In this document: positions 13,215 to 26,296 of the stretch, piece after piece | Layout: each line of letters begins with the position of its first letter | Position numbering within the stretch: the stretch's first letter is position 1 | Assembly (NCBI RefSeq): GCF_032191835.1 | Contig: NC_083230.1 | Coordinates: 73,532,001 to 73,596,000 of the forward strand | DNA: 64,000 nucleotides | Reading direction: 5' to 3' | Source: Heteronotia binoei | Taxonomy: Eukaryota | The notes under the pieces: model-generated | Databases searched by the model: none | What the model saw: the letters and a program-made list of their open reading frames with translations, nothing else | Told to the model about the DNA's origin: nothing | Made by a program: the position numbers and the translations under genes

Positions 13215-13562
13215 GATAGCCCAGGCTAGCCTGATCTCATCAGATCTCAGAAGGAAAGCAGGGATGGCCCTGGAATTCACTGCCACAGGAGGTGGTGGCG
13301 GCCACGAGCATAACCACCTTCAAGAGGGGGTTAGATAAAAATATGGAGCAGAGGTCCATCAGTGGCTATTAGCCACAGTGTGTATGTGTGTGTGTGTGTG
13401 TATACATATATATATATATATTTTTGGCCACTGTGTGACACAGAGTGTTGGACTGGATGGGCCATTGGCCTGATCTAACATGGCTTCTCTTATGTTCTCT
13501 TATGTCAGTATTTGGAAGAGATACCACCAAGGAAGTCAAAGGACATGATGCAGAGGCAGGCA
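13215..13562 (+). mobile_element. 5S rRNA-headed Sauria-type SINE fragment, split by a CR1 insertion (parts 13215-13273 and 13505-13562)
   Basis: gcctgatctcatcagatctcagaag..gcaggg..ggccctgg | tcagtatttgga..gagataccaccaaggaa follows 5S rRNA collinearly, then continues into a Sauria-type gcagaggcaggca body. Confidence 0.65.
13274..13504 (+). mobile_element. CR1 LINE 3' end
   Basis: Translates NSLPQEVVAATSITTFKRGLDKNMEQRSISGY*, followed by a CR1 3' UTR (ggactggatgggccattggcctgatc...cttatgttc). Confidence 0.85.
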
Positions 13563-13767
13563 TATGAACATATGAAGCTGCCTTATACTGAATCAGACCT
13601 TTGGTCCATTAAAGTCTACTCAGAGTGGCAGCGGCTCTCCAGGGTCTCAAGCTGAGGTTTTTCACACCTATTTGCCTGGACCCTTTTTAGTTAGAAATGC
13701 CGGGGATTGAACCGGGACCTTCTGCTTACCAAGCAGATGCTCTACCACTGAGCCGCTGTCCCTCCCC
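13563..13767 (-). mobile_element. tRNA-derived SINE (second squamate family)
   Basis: Minus strand ggggagggacagcggctcagtggtagagcatctgcttggtaagcagaaggtcccggttcaatccccggc has A/B boxes followed by a non-tRNA body. Confidence 0.8.
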
Positions 13768-14364
13768 AAATCCTGTCTCCAGGATTGCCTTCTTCAACAC
13801 CCGAGCATTCAAATCTCTGGAGGTTCTTTGCCCACGCCTTGCCCTCTGAAGTTCAATGGAGAGCCACAAAACAGAGATGTCTTTGAGTAACACCCTCCAA
13901 AAGAAATTCACACAGCACCCTCCCTATTAGCCTTTTGGTGACTGATGAAGATGGAACGGCCTTCTATCTGTACTAATTTAAAAGATCTTTTTTCCACTGG
14001 GTTGTGAAATTGCTGATGTTTGTTGATCCTTAAATACTGGAAACAGTTTTTGTGCATTCACTGAGCCCTGCAGTCTGTTGATTTCTTAAGTTTTAAGGTT
14101 TATCACATCCAAGATTGATGCTGCTGCTGCTGTGTAGGATGAACTGGTTCTAAAAGCTCTTACCAAATATATATTTAGATCTCAAGTGTGTTTTTTAACA
14201 TATTATTTCTGCTGAAGAAATGCTACAGCTATGAGACCCAGTTGTTTGGTGTAGTGTAGAGACTCAATGGTAAACCACCTCTTAATGGCTCTTGCCTTGA
14301 AAACCCCATGGGGTCATCATAAGTCAGCTGTGACCAAATTGGGGGAGGGGGGAGAATCCCATTA

Positions 14365-14651
14365 AGCCAGTTTGGTGTAGTGGTTAAGTGTGCGGACTCT
14401 TATCTGGGAGAACCGGGTTTGATTCCCCACTCCTCCACTTGCACCTGCTGAGATGGCCTTGGGTCAGCCATAGCTCTGGCAGAGGTTGTCCTTGAAAGGG
14501 CAGCTGCTGTGAGAGCCCTCTCCAGCCCCACCCACCTCACAGGGTGTCTGTTGTGGGGGAGGAAGGTAAAGGAGATTGTGAGCCGCTCTGAGACTCTTCG
14601 GAGTGGAGGGCGGGATAGAAATCCAATATCTTCTTCTTCTTCTTCTTCTTC
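14365..14651 (+). mobile_element. Full-length Squam3-like SINE
   Basis: tRNA-like head (ggtgtagtggttaag...ggtttgattccc), MIR-like core acctcacagggtgtctgttgtgggg, and (TTC)n tail. Confidence 0.88.
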
Positions 14652-16733
14652 TCTATTCTGCAGGAAGCTGACAACCCTTTTCTAGTGGATGATAGACTTG
14701 TGATATTGCATACACACACACATAAAGGTAAAATGAGCAGAGGTGCATGAGATTGAAAGTGTGAGGGCCCACACTTTCAACCTCATCTCACTACTAGCAT
14801 GATAATAAATCCTGTGATTATTATTATTTATTTTATTCATTTGTACCTCACCTTTCTCCCAAAGTGGCTTACATTGTTGTCCTCTGTTCCATTTTATTCT
14901 CACAACAGCTCTGCGAGATAGGTTAAGCTAGGAGAGGTTGTAACAGACTCAAGGTCATCCAGCAACCTTCCATGGGGATTCAATCTTGGGTCTCTCAAAT
15001 AATAGTCCAATACTTTTAACTGCTATACCACACTGGCTCTCAAATGTACGTTATATATGTTATGAATATTCTCATAGAGTAGTTAGCTTCTTCTTCCCCT
15101 ACTAATGATTATTATTTGGGAATTATATCTTAACACTATTGGAAGATAAAGTACTTTAGAATGATATAGGAGAGACCATTTCTGCTTGTAATCAACCATC
15201 TCTTTTAACACTGGATATTTCTTCAGCCTGAATAAAGATGCAGAAAGTTTAAATTGAATTCCCTCCTCAAGTCATTCTTCTTTTAAAAAATCAAAGTCCT
15301 ATAATATTAGATGTGAATCTATAAGGTGGTGGTGCTTTGTAGTGAGCAAGTTAGAACCAGTGTATCATTTTTGGTTCAGTAACTTACTGGAATTTGTTCC
15401 CCAGCAATTACATGGCTATAAGCACCAGCTGTAATTGTTGAGCACATGACAACAATCAATTGCACTTTGAGTCTATAAATAAGGGGTTTGAGAAAGGAGG
15501 ATTCAAGATAGATTTGTCAGAGAAAATGACACAAGTTATTCAGTTTTTCAGTTACTTTTATTATACAGAATATGGTGGCAAGAAAATGGCATTTTTTTAA
15601 ACCCTTAGTAGTTTTTAATGACTTTTGTACAAATGCTTGCCACCACTGTCGTTCCTTAACAGCTGTAATCCAGAATGTCTGGCTATGGACAAGTTCTTTG
15701 AAACACTAGGAATATAATGGCAAAGCATAAATAGTTGTTGAGCAGGACTGATGCCCAATCAAAAATAAAAGGAGGGGAGCACACAAAGAGACTAGGCTCT
15801 AGATCAAACAAAATGCTACTGAAAAATTCCAGATTCCAGGAGTCATATTACATTTAGATTTTGAAAATTTCATTGTATCACTAAGGCATAAAAATAATTT
15901 GAAGTTAAACAAGAGATTGGTTTTCACAGGAAACATTTTGTAAGCTCCATGTTGATATCTAAATGCATAAACATAATTTTTTTCAAGCATGTTATATTAG
16001 TGTTCCAGAAACATTCTTTAATTGGCTAAGACTTACTTTATATTGAAACAATACAATTTCCTTCCACAGAATATTTATGAAAAGCAGCCATAGTTATTGA
16101 AGAGCCATTAATTAAAATGTTTAATGGTGCAATCTGGTAACTATTGATATCTGTTTTACTTTATACCAAAGCTTTAAATTTACACTGTGGTCAAAAGAAA
16201 GAGATTGGCAATGTCTTAATTAGTTACTTGGCACTGAACATACTCTTTTGAAAAGAAGCAATGCCATATGTGTAAAAGAATACATAATAATAAAAATAAA
16301 GCAGCTCTTATGAACTTAAGTTCAAATTCTATTATCCAAAATTTTGCTTCCATTTAACTTAAATGATAATATCAAGCAATTTAAATTCTACATACATACA
16401 TGCGCAGATTCACCCAAGCTTCAAGTAAAGGTCGAAGAGGGAACAATATCAGCGAGTGAATTAAACACTCTCAACAAATTTACGAATTAATTAATATTCA
16501 GGTTGAGGTTATAAAATGAACCTTGTTCACACTTAAACACAATAGCAACAGATACAGGACGCTAATTCTTTACACTTCTTAGAAGCACACCAGGTCCACC
16601 TAGTGGAATTTTTCTTTACTACACCGATTTTATGTCATTTTGTAAACAAATTACAAATGAAAGGAGGGTAATAGTACAACTTGACCATCATTGTACCATA
16701 TGGCATTGATGAATTTCTCATCTGTATTCCAGT

Positions 16734-16949
16734 CAATGTTCCCTCTAAGCTGTGGAGTCTTGTGAGCAAAAATTCTACTTTGTGAGCTACTGGCATTAGT
16801 GTTGTGAGCTACTGGCATTACATTTGAGAGCTACTATATAAATTAGTTTGCTCTAGGGCCATTTTTCCTGAGCTGAGACAAAAATGTGTGAACTGGAGAC
16901 TAAAAAATTGTGAGCTAACTCACACTAACTCAGCTTAGAGGGAACACTG
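16734..16949. mobile_element. hAT MITE with perfect 8-bp TSD
   Basis: TIRs CAATGTTCCCTCTAAGCTG / CAGCTTAGAGGGAACACTG. TSD ATTCCAGT at 16726-16733 and 16950-16957. Confidence 0.92.
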
Positions 16950-17718
16950 ATTCCAGTATATCTAAATATTCTTAATTGTTTAGATCATACAATCCCAATA
17001 AGATTATGCCTAAAGCAGAGAGCATGGAGGACCAAGACATATCATGACAGAAATACCAGTAGGATGAATATATGTGTGTGTGTGTGTGTGTGTGATTGTA
17101 AACACACATGTGGGTTAAGTAAATGAGAAGAAAAATCAAGGTCATTGTTTCTCCCACAAATGTTAGCTGTGACTATATTACCCAATGTGATGTGATGAAA
17201 ATTAATTTTTCCTTGCCAGATGACTCCTAAAAATTGACATCATGGAATACAGCATTTTGAGTAAGGCTTTCAGTTTCAATTAATCCACTGAAGATTCATC
17301 CTTAGAAATAGCTGATGGATCCATTCTGACACATACATATAATACACAATAAGCAAAGTCTAGGAATCACTGAAATACCTTATTTTGTTTATCTTTGCAG
17401 CTTTTTAATGACAGCTATCAATAGTACATTATTTTTACTAATTCTTTAAGCATCTCATGACTGACCACAAGGAATTCTTGTGACATTTGTGAGAAAGTTC
17501 TTATGTGATTTTCTCCAGTCATTACTGTATTCAGGTATGCGCTCACAAAAAAAGCATGAACAAAAGGATGACAGGATACAGTTATCATATCCCTAAAATT
17601 GCTAATTATTATGGATGTGCACTTATATAGTAATCAAAGTCTGAACAAAAAATGTAGTTATAATAACTAGTCTAAACTGCAAAATTAACAACCATTTGTG
17701 ATATTCTCATATCTTCAG

Positions 17719-17854
17719 ATCTGGCGATTTATTCTGACAGGTTAGAGGAAGAAAGGAGAATGTTCTTTCTTTCAGATATTATAACTGACAAGGATGCTTT
17801 CCAGTTAGCAGAATTAGACACAGATCTCATTACTAAAGAGGATTGTGCTGATAG
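17719..17854 (+). CDS. Candidate coding exon of an unidentified gene (DLAIYSDRLEEERRMFFLSDIITDKDAFQLAELDTDLITKEDCADR)
   Basis: Acceptor tcatatcttcag, donor AG|gtttgt, 136 nt open. Phase-compatible with 17969-18071 across a 114-nt intron. No homologue recognised. Confidence 0.4.
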
Positions 17855-17968
17855 GTTTGTTTTTTGAAAATACAGTTTATAGGAATCCCATTGCAGGTTG
17901 ACTGGCTTATATAAAGACTAGTGTCTGTTTGTTTGCTATTTTACTCTCTCTCATTCTCTGGCATACAG

Positions 17969-18071
17969 ACAGACACCACTGCCAGCTGAATGGAGGAAGA
18001 GTCAGATAGAGGATACTTATTGTCCCCTTGAATTCCAGGCAGTGTCTGCCATGCTACATTTTTTCAATAAT
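17969..18071 (+). CDS. Candidate coding exon (QTPLPAEWRKSQIEDTYCPLEFQAVSAMLHFFNN)
   Basis: Pyrimidine-rich acceptor ctctctctcattctctggcatacag, donor AAT|gtatgt. Open in the frame required by the previous exon. Confidence 0.38.
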
Positions 18072-18159
18072 GTATGTGCACTGGAATCAGTAATATACAA
18101 ACAGACAGATTTAGGACCAAATTAAAAGTGAGCTCTCTCAATGTCATTTAAAAAAAAAA

Positions 18160-18423
18160 AAGCAGCTGAGAAGAAGAATTGCAGATTTTGAATCAGAGAC
18201 TCAGAGCGGCTTACAATTTCCTTTATCTTCTCCCCCCACAACAGACACCCTGTGAGGTGGGCGGGGCTGAGAGGGCTCTCACAGCAGCTGCCCTTTCAAG
18301 GACAACCTCTGCGTTAGCTATGGCTAACCCAAGGCCATTCCAACAGGTGAAAGTGGAGAAGTGGGGAATCAAACCTGGCTCTCCCAGATAAGAGTCCATG
18401 CACTTAACCACTAAACCAAACTG
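18160..18423 (-). mobile_element. Squam3-like SINE
   Basis: Reverse complement of the family consensus seen at 14365. Confidence 0.85.
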
Positions 18424-19179
18424 AGGGAGATGGATTTAAAGCTTCCCCCACTCCCTGCACCATTTTCTTAATAAAAACCATTTATCCCATCCGCTATTAA
18501 ATCAAACAGAGAGATAATACAGGCAGGAGCACACAGGTGAGGGAAAGCAAACCTTTCCCCCTCCCATGCCTTACTTCTGTGTGCTCTGTTTTCTGCACAT
18601 TTTTCCTATCTGGATCACTTCTAATATTGCAGCCAGGTTTCAAGCTGTGTGGAAGTTCCAATGGGCAAGAGCCACTGTTTTCTCCAAAGCAGTCAACAGC
18701 CTCCCACCCTGCACAATATGAGTTGATGAGAGCCAGGCAGAAGCTCCAGAGAGCCTTCTCCTCATATGTTACCGTAGGGTTGCCAACTTCCAGGAGATCT
18801 GGAATTATAACTGACCTCCAGATAATACAGATCAGCTCCCCGGGAGAAAATGGCTGCTTTGGAAGATGGACTATATATGGTGTTATACCTTGCTGAGATT
18901 CCTTCCTACCTCAAACCCCACCTTCTACAGGTTCCACCCACAAAATCTCCAGGTATTTCCCAACCCAGAGCTGGGAACCCTATATGGCAGCTGCTGTACT
19001 GCAAGACCTAGCCAAATTGCATAAATTAGATGATAGTGAGTTGTTCAGGAAAAGTTGTGCTGCGGCCTTCAGCAGACTCAGCCAAGTTTTGCAAATTGCA
19101 CAGTAATGAGTTTCCCAAGAAAGTCATGAGGTTGCCATCTAGAGTTGCCAACCTCCAGGTGGTGGGTGAAGATCTCATG

Positions 19180-19660
19180 TAGGGTTGCCAACCCCCAGTA
19201 GGGGGCAGGGGATCCTCCAGTTTGGATGCCCTACCTCCACTTCAGAGTAATCAAAAAGTGAGGGAGGGAAGGAAATGTCTGCTGGGCACTCCATTATACC
19301 CTATGGAGACCAGTTCCTATAGAGTATAATGGAGACTTGCTCCATGGACATTGGGGGCTCTAGGGAAGGCTGCTTTTTGAGGTAGAGGCACCAAATTTTC
19401 ATCACAGAATCCAGTGTCTTTCAAAGCACCCCCCAAGTTTAAAAAAGATTGGATTGGGGATCCAATTCTATAAGCCCCAAAAGAGTGTGTCCCATCCTTC
19501 ATTATTTCCAAAAGGAGGGAAGGCATTTATAAGGTGCACAGTCCTTTTAAATGTGATGGTCAGAACTCCCTTTGGAATTCAATCTTGCTTGTCATACCCT
19601 TGCTCCTGGATCCACCCCCAAAGTCCCCAGATATTTCTTGAGTTGGACCTGGCAACCCTA
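19180..19660. mobile_element. Complete TAGGGTTGCCA-family hAT MITE, nested in a related MITE within a MITE cluster (about 18777-20080)
   Basis: TIRs TAGGGTTGCCA / TGGCAACCCTA. Near-perfect 8-bp TSD atctcatg/atctcatc (19172-19179, 19661-19668). Confidence 0.88.
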
Positions 19661-21867
19661 ATCTCATCAGATTACAACTGATCTCCAGGTGACATCACGT
19701 TTTACCTATTTAGGTCCATCTTGATTTTTACAATTTTGATGTGGTTGTTGTTGGCCTGCATTGTGCTGTTTATTTGGTCATGGACTGTAATAAAGCAAAC
19801 TGAACTGAACTGAACATCATAGTCCCTCTTCTTCCCAAACCACACCCTTTTCAGGCTCCAACTCCCAAAATCTCCAGGTATTTCCCAATCCAGATTTTAG
19901 CTTTTCCAGGTCTGTTGGAAAATACCTGGAGACTTTGGGAGTGGATCCAGGATCCATGGCACAATGTCATAGAGTCCAACCTTTAAAGCAGCTATTTTCA
20001 CCAGGGCAGCTGATCTCTGCCAGCTGGAGATCAGTTGTAAAAGCAGGAGATCTCCAGGCCACACCTGGAGACTGGCAACCTTAATGCTGTTGCACTCCCC
20101 TTGAAGAAACAAGTTCATAGTCTGTGGGTGCTCTTGGAGTTGCCTTCCTATTGCAGATATTGCATAATATTCCTATTATTTTGTTGTGTTGTGTTTATCT
20201 CATGCTTTTCAAAGTCAACATGGAAAACCATCACTATCTTGTGAATAAGCCATTTTTCTTTTATAAATTAAAAGGTGACATGGGAGGGGAGCTAAAAAAT
20301 ACACACACAAACATGGAACAAAATCATTTAAATTACTTTTCATCCATTCAGATTTTGTTTAAATTATCATGGATCTGGCACTGAAAATATCTTTGTGGTT
20401 TTTGAAAAAGGGAATATTCTTCATTAGTCCATTGGATTGTGTGACTGCTCCCTTCAAGAGAATTACATTAATAATGGGCTGATGTGGGGTGTAGGGTGGG
20501 GAAGGAGTCTATTTTGAAGTTGCATCCAGTGGATCACCTATGAGACAACTGAGCTGCATTTGAACCAGAAGTGTACATATTCTTTCATGTTACTTTAAAT
20601 AATGCAGTAACTTATTGGATGTATAAACTCCCCAACCCTAGGATATGCATACCAGTGCAGAATCTGTCCACCCATTCTGCAGTGATTTACATTATTTGTT
20701 AATTATTCAATTTAAACTATTTTAGATTAAATGTTGTGTGGGAGTGTATTTGAATAATTTTAATGATCATGTATAAAAGCATTTAAATTCTTGAAGAAAA
20801 TCTAGAAAAGTCTAGAACCAGGAATCTATAACTAATTTATCTGAGTTCTGGTTAGTAGTTCAAAGTTATGGAGACAAAACAGATAAAATGCTGTTAATCT
20901 CACACACCTTATGTTTCTGTAAACTTTCAAAATATATGGATTTATTTGTCAAGCAGGCATTTTAATATATCTGCACAATTCACCCACCTCCTGTGATACT
21001 TTGAAGAATATTTTAAGTAATTTTACTTCAGAAGGAGACTGTATTTTAATGTAATTTTTATCAGGTTTTGAACAAGAAAAACCTAGAGGCTAGCAAGAGA
21101 GAAAAAGATCAAAGAGCTGAATAAAGGCGTAACTTAGTTATGTTATTGCCAGCCTCCAAAACACTCTGAAAAACTGAAGGGAGTAAACATACATTATTTA
21201 AGGTTACTGGAGAATGATATATAAACAAGAATTAATAAGAATAAATTACAGGGAAGATATTTTATTTTCTTCATTTTTTTACCATGCCTTCCTCCTCAAA
21301 GTAGCTAACTTTATCCTCCTCTCCTCCATTTTGTCCTCACGACAGCCCTGTCAGATAGGTTAGGCTGAGAGCCTGTGACCTGCCCATGGTCACCCAGCAA
21401 ATTTTCATTACAGAGGTGGGGATCTCAACCTGGGTGTCTCTGATTCTAGTCCCACACCATAACTGCCAAACAGTGTAAGGAATATAAAACAGAAAACTAC
21501 AAAGAAGCAACTTTTCAAATATGGGAATGTCAGGGAAGTTGCTGTAGCGTCAAGGATTTGTTTAAAAAAAAAAGTCAAAAAGTTCAACAAGCAGGAATTA
21601 AAAATGACATAGTTGGAAGATAGAATTTTGAAAGGATAGCCTTTTTGCAGTTTGATTTTGTAAGGCTGACAAATTCAAAACATTACTAGCCTCATTCACT
21701 ATTTGTCTCCTACCTCATGCACAATAGATCACCATACCATTCTAATCTAATTCAGTTTCTATTCCTTCCCTTCTTTAATACGGTATCCCGGTTATGGCTA
21801 TTGCTGTAAAAATGTCATATTCTCATCACATCCAGGTTAGAATACTATAATGTGCTTTGCTGAATGA

Positions 21868-22135
21868 GGACGAAGAAGAGAAGGAAGAGGAAAAGGAAGA
21901 AGAGGAAAAATGTTATACTCCATCCTTCACTAACTGAAAGAGTCTTGGAGTGGCTTACAATCACTTTCCCTTCCTCTCCCCACAACAGACATTCTGTTAG
22001 GTAGGTGGGGCTGAGGGAGCTCTGTGAGAACTGTGACTGATAAAAGGTCACCCAGCTGGCTGCATGTGGAGGAGTGGGGAATCAATTCCGGTTCTCCAGA
22101 TTAGCGTCTGCCACTCTTAACCACTACATCAAGCT
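21868..22135 (-). mobile_element. Squam3-like SINE with (TTC)n tail
   Basis: Family core and head on the minus strand; GAA-rich tail at about 21868-21910. Confidence 0.8.
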
Positions 22136-22185
22136 GGAAGACAGCCTTGAAGGTGCAGGGAAAAGCCCCCTACTTTTCATACACA

Positions 22186-23422
22186 TGGACATCATGATCA
22201 CCAGTATGGTTGCCAGGGTGCCTGGAGTTTTGACTCGCACACATCTGCTCTAAGAAGTGGACTTTGCCCATGGTTTCTAAGGCTTATGTGGATACTATAA
22301 GCCTCAGCTTTGCAGCCGCATTCTACATCTCTGGATGGGTGTTAGCCAGAACTACAGACGAGCTTCCAGCTGTTCCTTGTGTGCCCAGTCTTGGCCACTG
22401 CAGTGGAAGAAGCCATGCCACCATGTTTCCAGCCTGTTTCCATGAACCAAAGGCTAACACCACCAGAATCCATCTTGTTTTCCTGACTCCATATCCAACA
22501 GCTGCTTCAACTTCTGCATAAGGCAATAGAGCTTATCCAGGCATGGATCCTGCCAGACCACTCAAGCCTTTGTCCAATGAAACCCAGGACAAAGACTGGT
22601 GCCAGGAAGAAGACTAAAGAAGAGGAAGACCATCTCCTGCCAGAGCAAAGTCTTTTGTCTAAATCCTGGTGTTACCTAGGCCAACATTTGGTTTTCTATT
22701 GTCACCTTTTTAGATAAACCCATCTAATCTTAAATGTCCCCCACCCAGTAGTCACTTCTATTCTTCTCCCCAGCTGTCACTTTGGAGCCACCCCAAGGCC
22801 TGTTTCAACCTGAAAGTTCTCTCAGGTATACAGGATCCAGGCAAGTTCATTGGTCAAGAGCAGGTACCCAATTAGGTGCCACCAAGGAACTTTCTATTGG
22901 CTACTGCAGTAGTCCAGCCCTTACGGTCACTGCAGAGCCTCCCCTTTCTCCTCCCTCATACCTCCCAGCCCCTGAGGGTCTAAGGTAGTCTATTTAACCT
23001 CTGACCCAACTCTACTCATGTGTGCTTCTATCAGTATCCCACCTTCCGCTGCACAGATCCATCCCCAATTCCTGATCAGTTTTGGGTCCCTTACCCACTT
23101 CCTCACTCATCACCAATTGGAGCCTTCCTCAAAGACTACAATAGGTAAATATTACCCTGTGTGTCTACCCTTTATGTTCCGCTATCCATCTATCTATTTT
23201 TCCTAGGACTGTATGTGTGATTGTATGTGTATTTTTATCTTGTATGGAAGGCTATATTTTTCTCAATAAATTATAATTGGTTTTACTAAATTAGAGTCCC
23301 CATTATTTAAGCATTACTCTCTGGTTGGTTAATCTTGTATACATTGGGAAAACGATCCCTAGTGAGCCAGGTGCCCACCTGACTAATTCCCCAACCTCAT
23401 TTTGAGGGCATTTTGGCTTACA
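22186..23422 (+). repeat. LTR-like interspersed repeat, copy 1
   Basis: TG...TTACA termini and internal AATAAA. Collinear over about 1.2 kb with the reverse complement of 53589-54957. No TSD found. Confidence 0.55.
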
Positions 23423-23589
23423 AAGATAAGATGATATGCTTATTTTTTTTTTTAAAAAAATACTATGTATAACTGTATAGTGAACTTGTACAGTGGCATA
23501 AAAACCTAGCCTTTGTTTCAGATAAAAAAATAGATGGAAACTTCAGTTAGTCCAATACAACAGCCAGACTGTTGTAAGTAGCTAGATAC

Positions 23590-24010
23590 ATGGACAGTAT
23601 CAACTGCACTGTTTCTGTTTCCAGGCACAATTCAAAATGCTAAAATGCTGGATCTTATGTTTAAGACACTAAATGTTTTGGGGCACCTGAAGAACTGACT
23701 TCTCCAATATTGTCCAGTTAAAATCCTCTCCAAAGTCCTGCTTTCTGTGTCCTCTCCTGCAGAGGTGAGGCAGATGGTGCCTAGGGATAGGACTTTTTCA
23801 GTGGTGGTGCCTTGAGGTTCACCTATGACTGGCGTACCCTATTCCTTTTAGGTGTCAGGCCAAAACACTTTTTTAAAACCTAGGCTTTTAACTGTGTAGT
23901 TCCATCTTTTAGAACTCTTTTTATGGTCTGCTTCTGTGGCTTGTGGTTTTATGTTTGTTTTGATTATTGTTATGTCTGATATTTTAATGAATGTGAGTAG
24001 GTACTTGTGA
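23590..24010 (+). mobile_element. Old L2 3' fragment
   Basis: Resembles the 3' part of the 6509-11039 L2 (ttcaaaatgct..., agggcttt(t)tcagtggtgg, T-rich 3' UTR). Confidence 0.5.
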
Positions 24011-25150
24011 GCAGGCACCTGTGAGAAACTTGTGGGGAAATTCCCCTGGTAGTCCCCACTTTCCCTTCTGGTTTCAAACCATGCCCCTGACAGCCCCCTC
24101 CCCATCCTTCCAGTGCCTCCTCCTAACCACCAAGAGGCAAAGAAGGTGGTGGCCAGGGAGATGTAATAATGTCTTCAGAATTATGTGGTTGAATATGTGT
24201 CAGTGTTGCCCACACAGGAAGCACCCCATCTAGAGATACACTGCCATAACATCACTAATGTCAGTGTGATGACATGCCAGAAGGATATTTCTGGTTGAAT
24301 ATATATCTCATATATGCCTTATCAGTATTTTTCAGATATATCCAGTATCTCCAAGGCAGTGGGATCTGACATTAAAGGGAATACACAAACCGTCTGCTCT
24401 ATCATGATGATTCTCTCACAGACCTGTAAGGATCTCTGAGGATGGGCAAAGAGGATAAAAAACAGACCTGTCCTGCAGCTTTACTTCACGTTCTGGACTA
24501 GATTTCTTGGAGTCCTGGTGGTGCTTCTGGCTGATGTTCTGGTCTGTGTCAGTCTCAATGTGGGTCTCAGTGGCTAAACAGGACTAGGTTTCCTGAAATT
24601 TTGGTACCCTTGGCTCAAAAAACAGCCATGCTAACCTCCACCCCCCCCCCCCCAGCAAGAGTTCCCTGACTGGGAATATTGGATAAGAACAATTTTGGAA
24701 TTAAAAACATAGAAACAAACACCTCCCAAACCCTGAATCCAAATCCCCAAACGGGGACCCAGATAATCTGGAACACCTGTATAGAAACAATTCCCAAAAT
24801 CCCAGTCCTAAAAATACTGATTTCCCCCCCTCCCCATGCACATTTCTGAACTTTCCATAAACTTTCAAACTGGTTGTGGCTGTTCATGCCAGTTTGTGAC
24901 TTGTCAGGAACTGCACTACATGAACTGGCCAAAATTCATCACAAACTTTAGTTTGTGAGTCAATTTGTGCCCATGCCTACTGATAGCACCGACCAATCCT
25001 GTATAGAATGGATCCTGTGCAAGCCAAAGACATCAAAGTCATAGGAGACCTCCCCCACGATACTATATGCACTCTAAATTCCACCCCCCCATTGTTTTGA
25101 AGTTCTGTAAATATTTAGATTGAGTGGAGACCATGCTCTATGTGACAGCC

Positions 25151-25340
25151 CTTCCGGTACTTGAAGATGATGATCATATCACCTCTTAATCATCTCCTCT
25201 CCAAGCTAAACATACCCAGCACAGCCTTTCCTTATAGGACTGGTCTCCAGACCCCTTGCCATCATTGCCCTCCTCTGGAAATGCTCCAGCTTGTCTATAT
25301 CCTTCTTAAACTGTGGTGCTCAAAACTGAACACAATACTG
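25151..25340 (-). mobile_element. CR1 RT fragment
   Basis: ctccaagctaaacatacccagc...ttcttaaactgtggtgctcaaaactgaacacaatact is the reverse complement of a CR1 ORF2 region. Confidence 0.6.
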
Positions 25341-26296
25341 TTTACTGTTTTTAAAAAGTTTTATAAATTTCAAGGAATTCTTTATAAGGAAGTACATTTT
25401 GGTGGGCAGATAACCCTCCAGGATCTCATGCAGCTCAAAGTGTAGCAATTCCCCTGTATTTGGGCATTGAGGTATGTAACTGCAGGAGAATAGTGAAGAG
25501 GAATCCAACAGCTCAGGCTGTGGCATTATATGTGAGTAGGCAAGAGACATACGCATGACTATCACAGAGAGACTTTTCAAAAAGTGTTCCTTTCTATTGG
25601 ACTTTATTCATACTAGCCACATTCTGTTAACATATAAAAGATGAAGGCGGGTAGTGTGGCTGCTGAGCACAGTCTGAAAAGAGAGGCAGGAAATAATCTA
25701 GACCTATTTAGTTTTTTAAAAGGGTTGGCTAATTGTGCTGTAGCTCTGCTGAAACAGCACAATTTAAAAAAAAAACCTTCAAAAAAGCCTGGGAAGCAAC
25801 TTCCACTTTGCCCTTAGTCTTGTCTATGCTGAGAGCACTTGGAATTCAATGGTGATTTGGAACAGTCTGGACAAGTTGAGCTGCAAACTGCAAAATTAAT
25901 GGGCTCGCTGAACTTCCCCTGTACATACATGTTTTTATTGCAAGTCAATTCTCCTTTTCCTGAAATTATTATCCTGTACTCAGTTATAATGAGGAATGCT
26001 TAAGCAGCTATTAGTTCAATTCACATTCTGCTCACTGGACATGATCAGAGAGTGGGCTTCCCAACCTTCAGGTGGGACCTGGAAATGTCCTGGAATTATA
26101 ACTGATCTCCAGACTACAGAATCAGTTCCCCTGGAGGGTAGAGTTTATGGCAGGGGTGACCAAACTGCAGCTTGGGAGCCACATGCAGCTCTTTCACACA
26201 TATTGTGCAGTTCTCAGATACGATTGCCAATTTCCGGGTGGGTAAAATAAAGAAAGAACACTGTGAGATTGACAAGCTTTAAATAAATGCAACACA

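Noticed and set aside
13700-14430. tRNA and 5S rRNA genes
   Set aside because: The A/B-box sequences are SINE heads that continue into SINE bodies; there is no complete cloverleaf or full-length 5S.
3760-15710. Several minus-strand exon-like stretches (about 3910-3760, 12420-12300, 15470-15386, 15706-15560)
   Set aside because: No recognisable homology and no coherent chain established. Such AG...GT open stretches are expected by chance in 64 kb.
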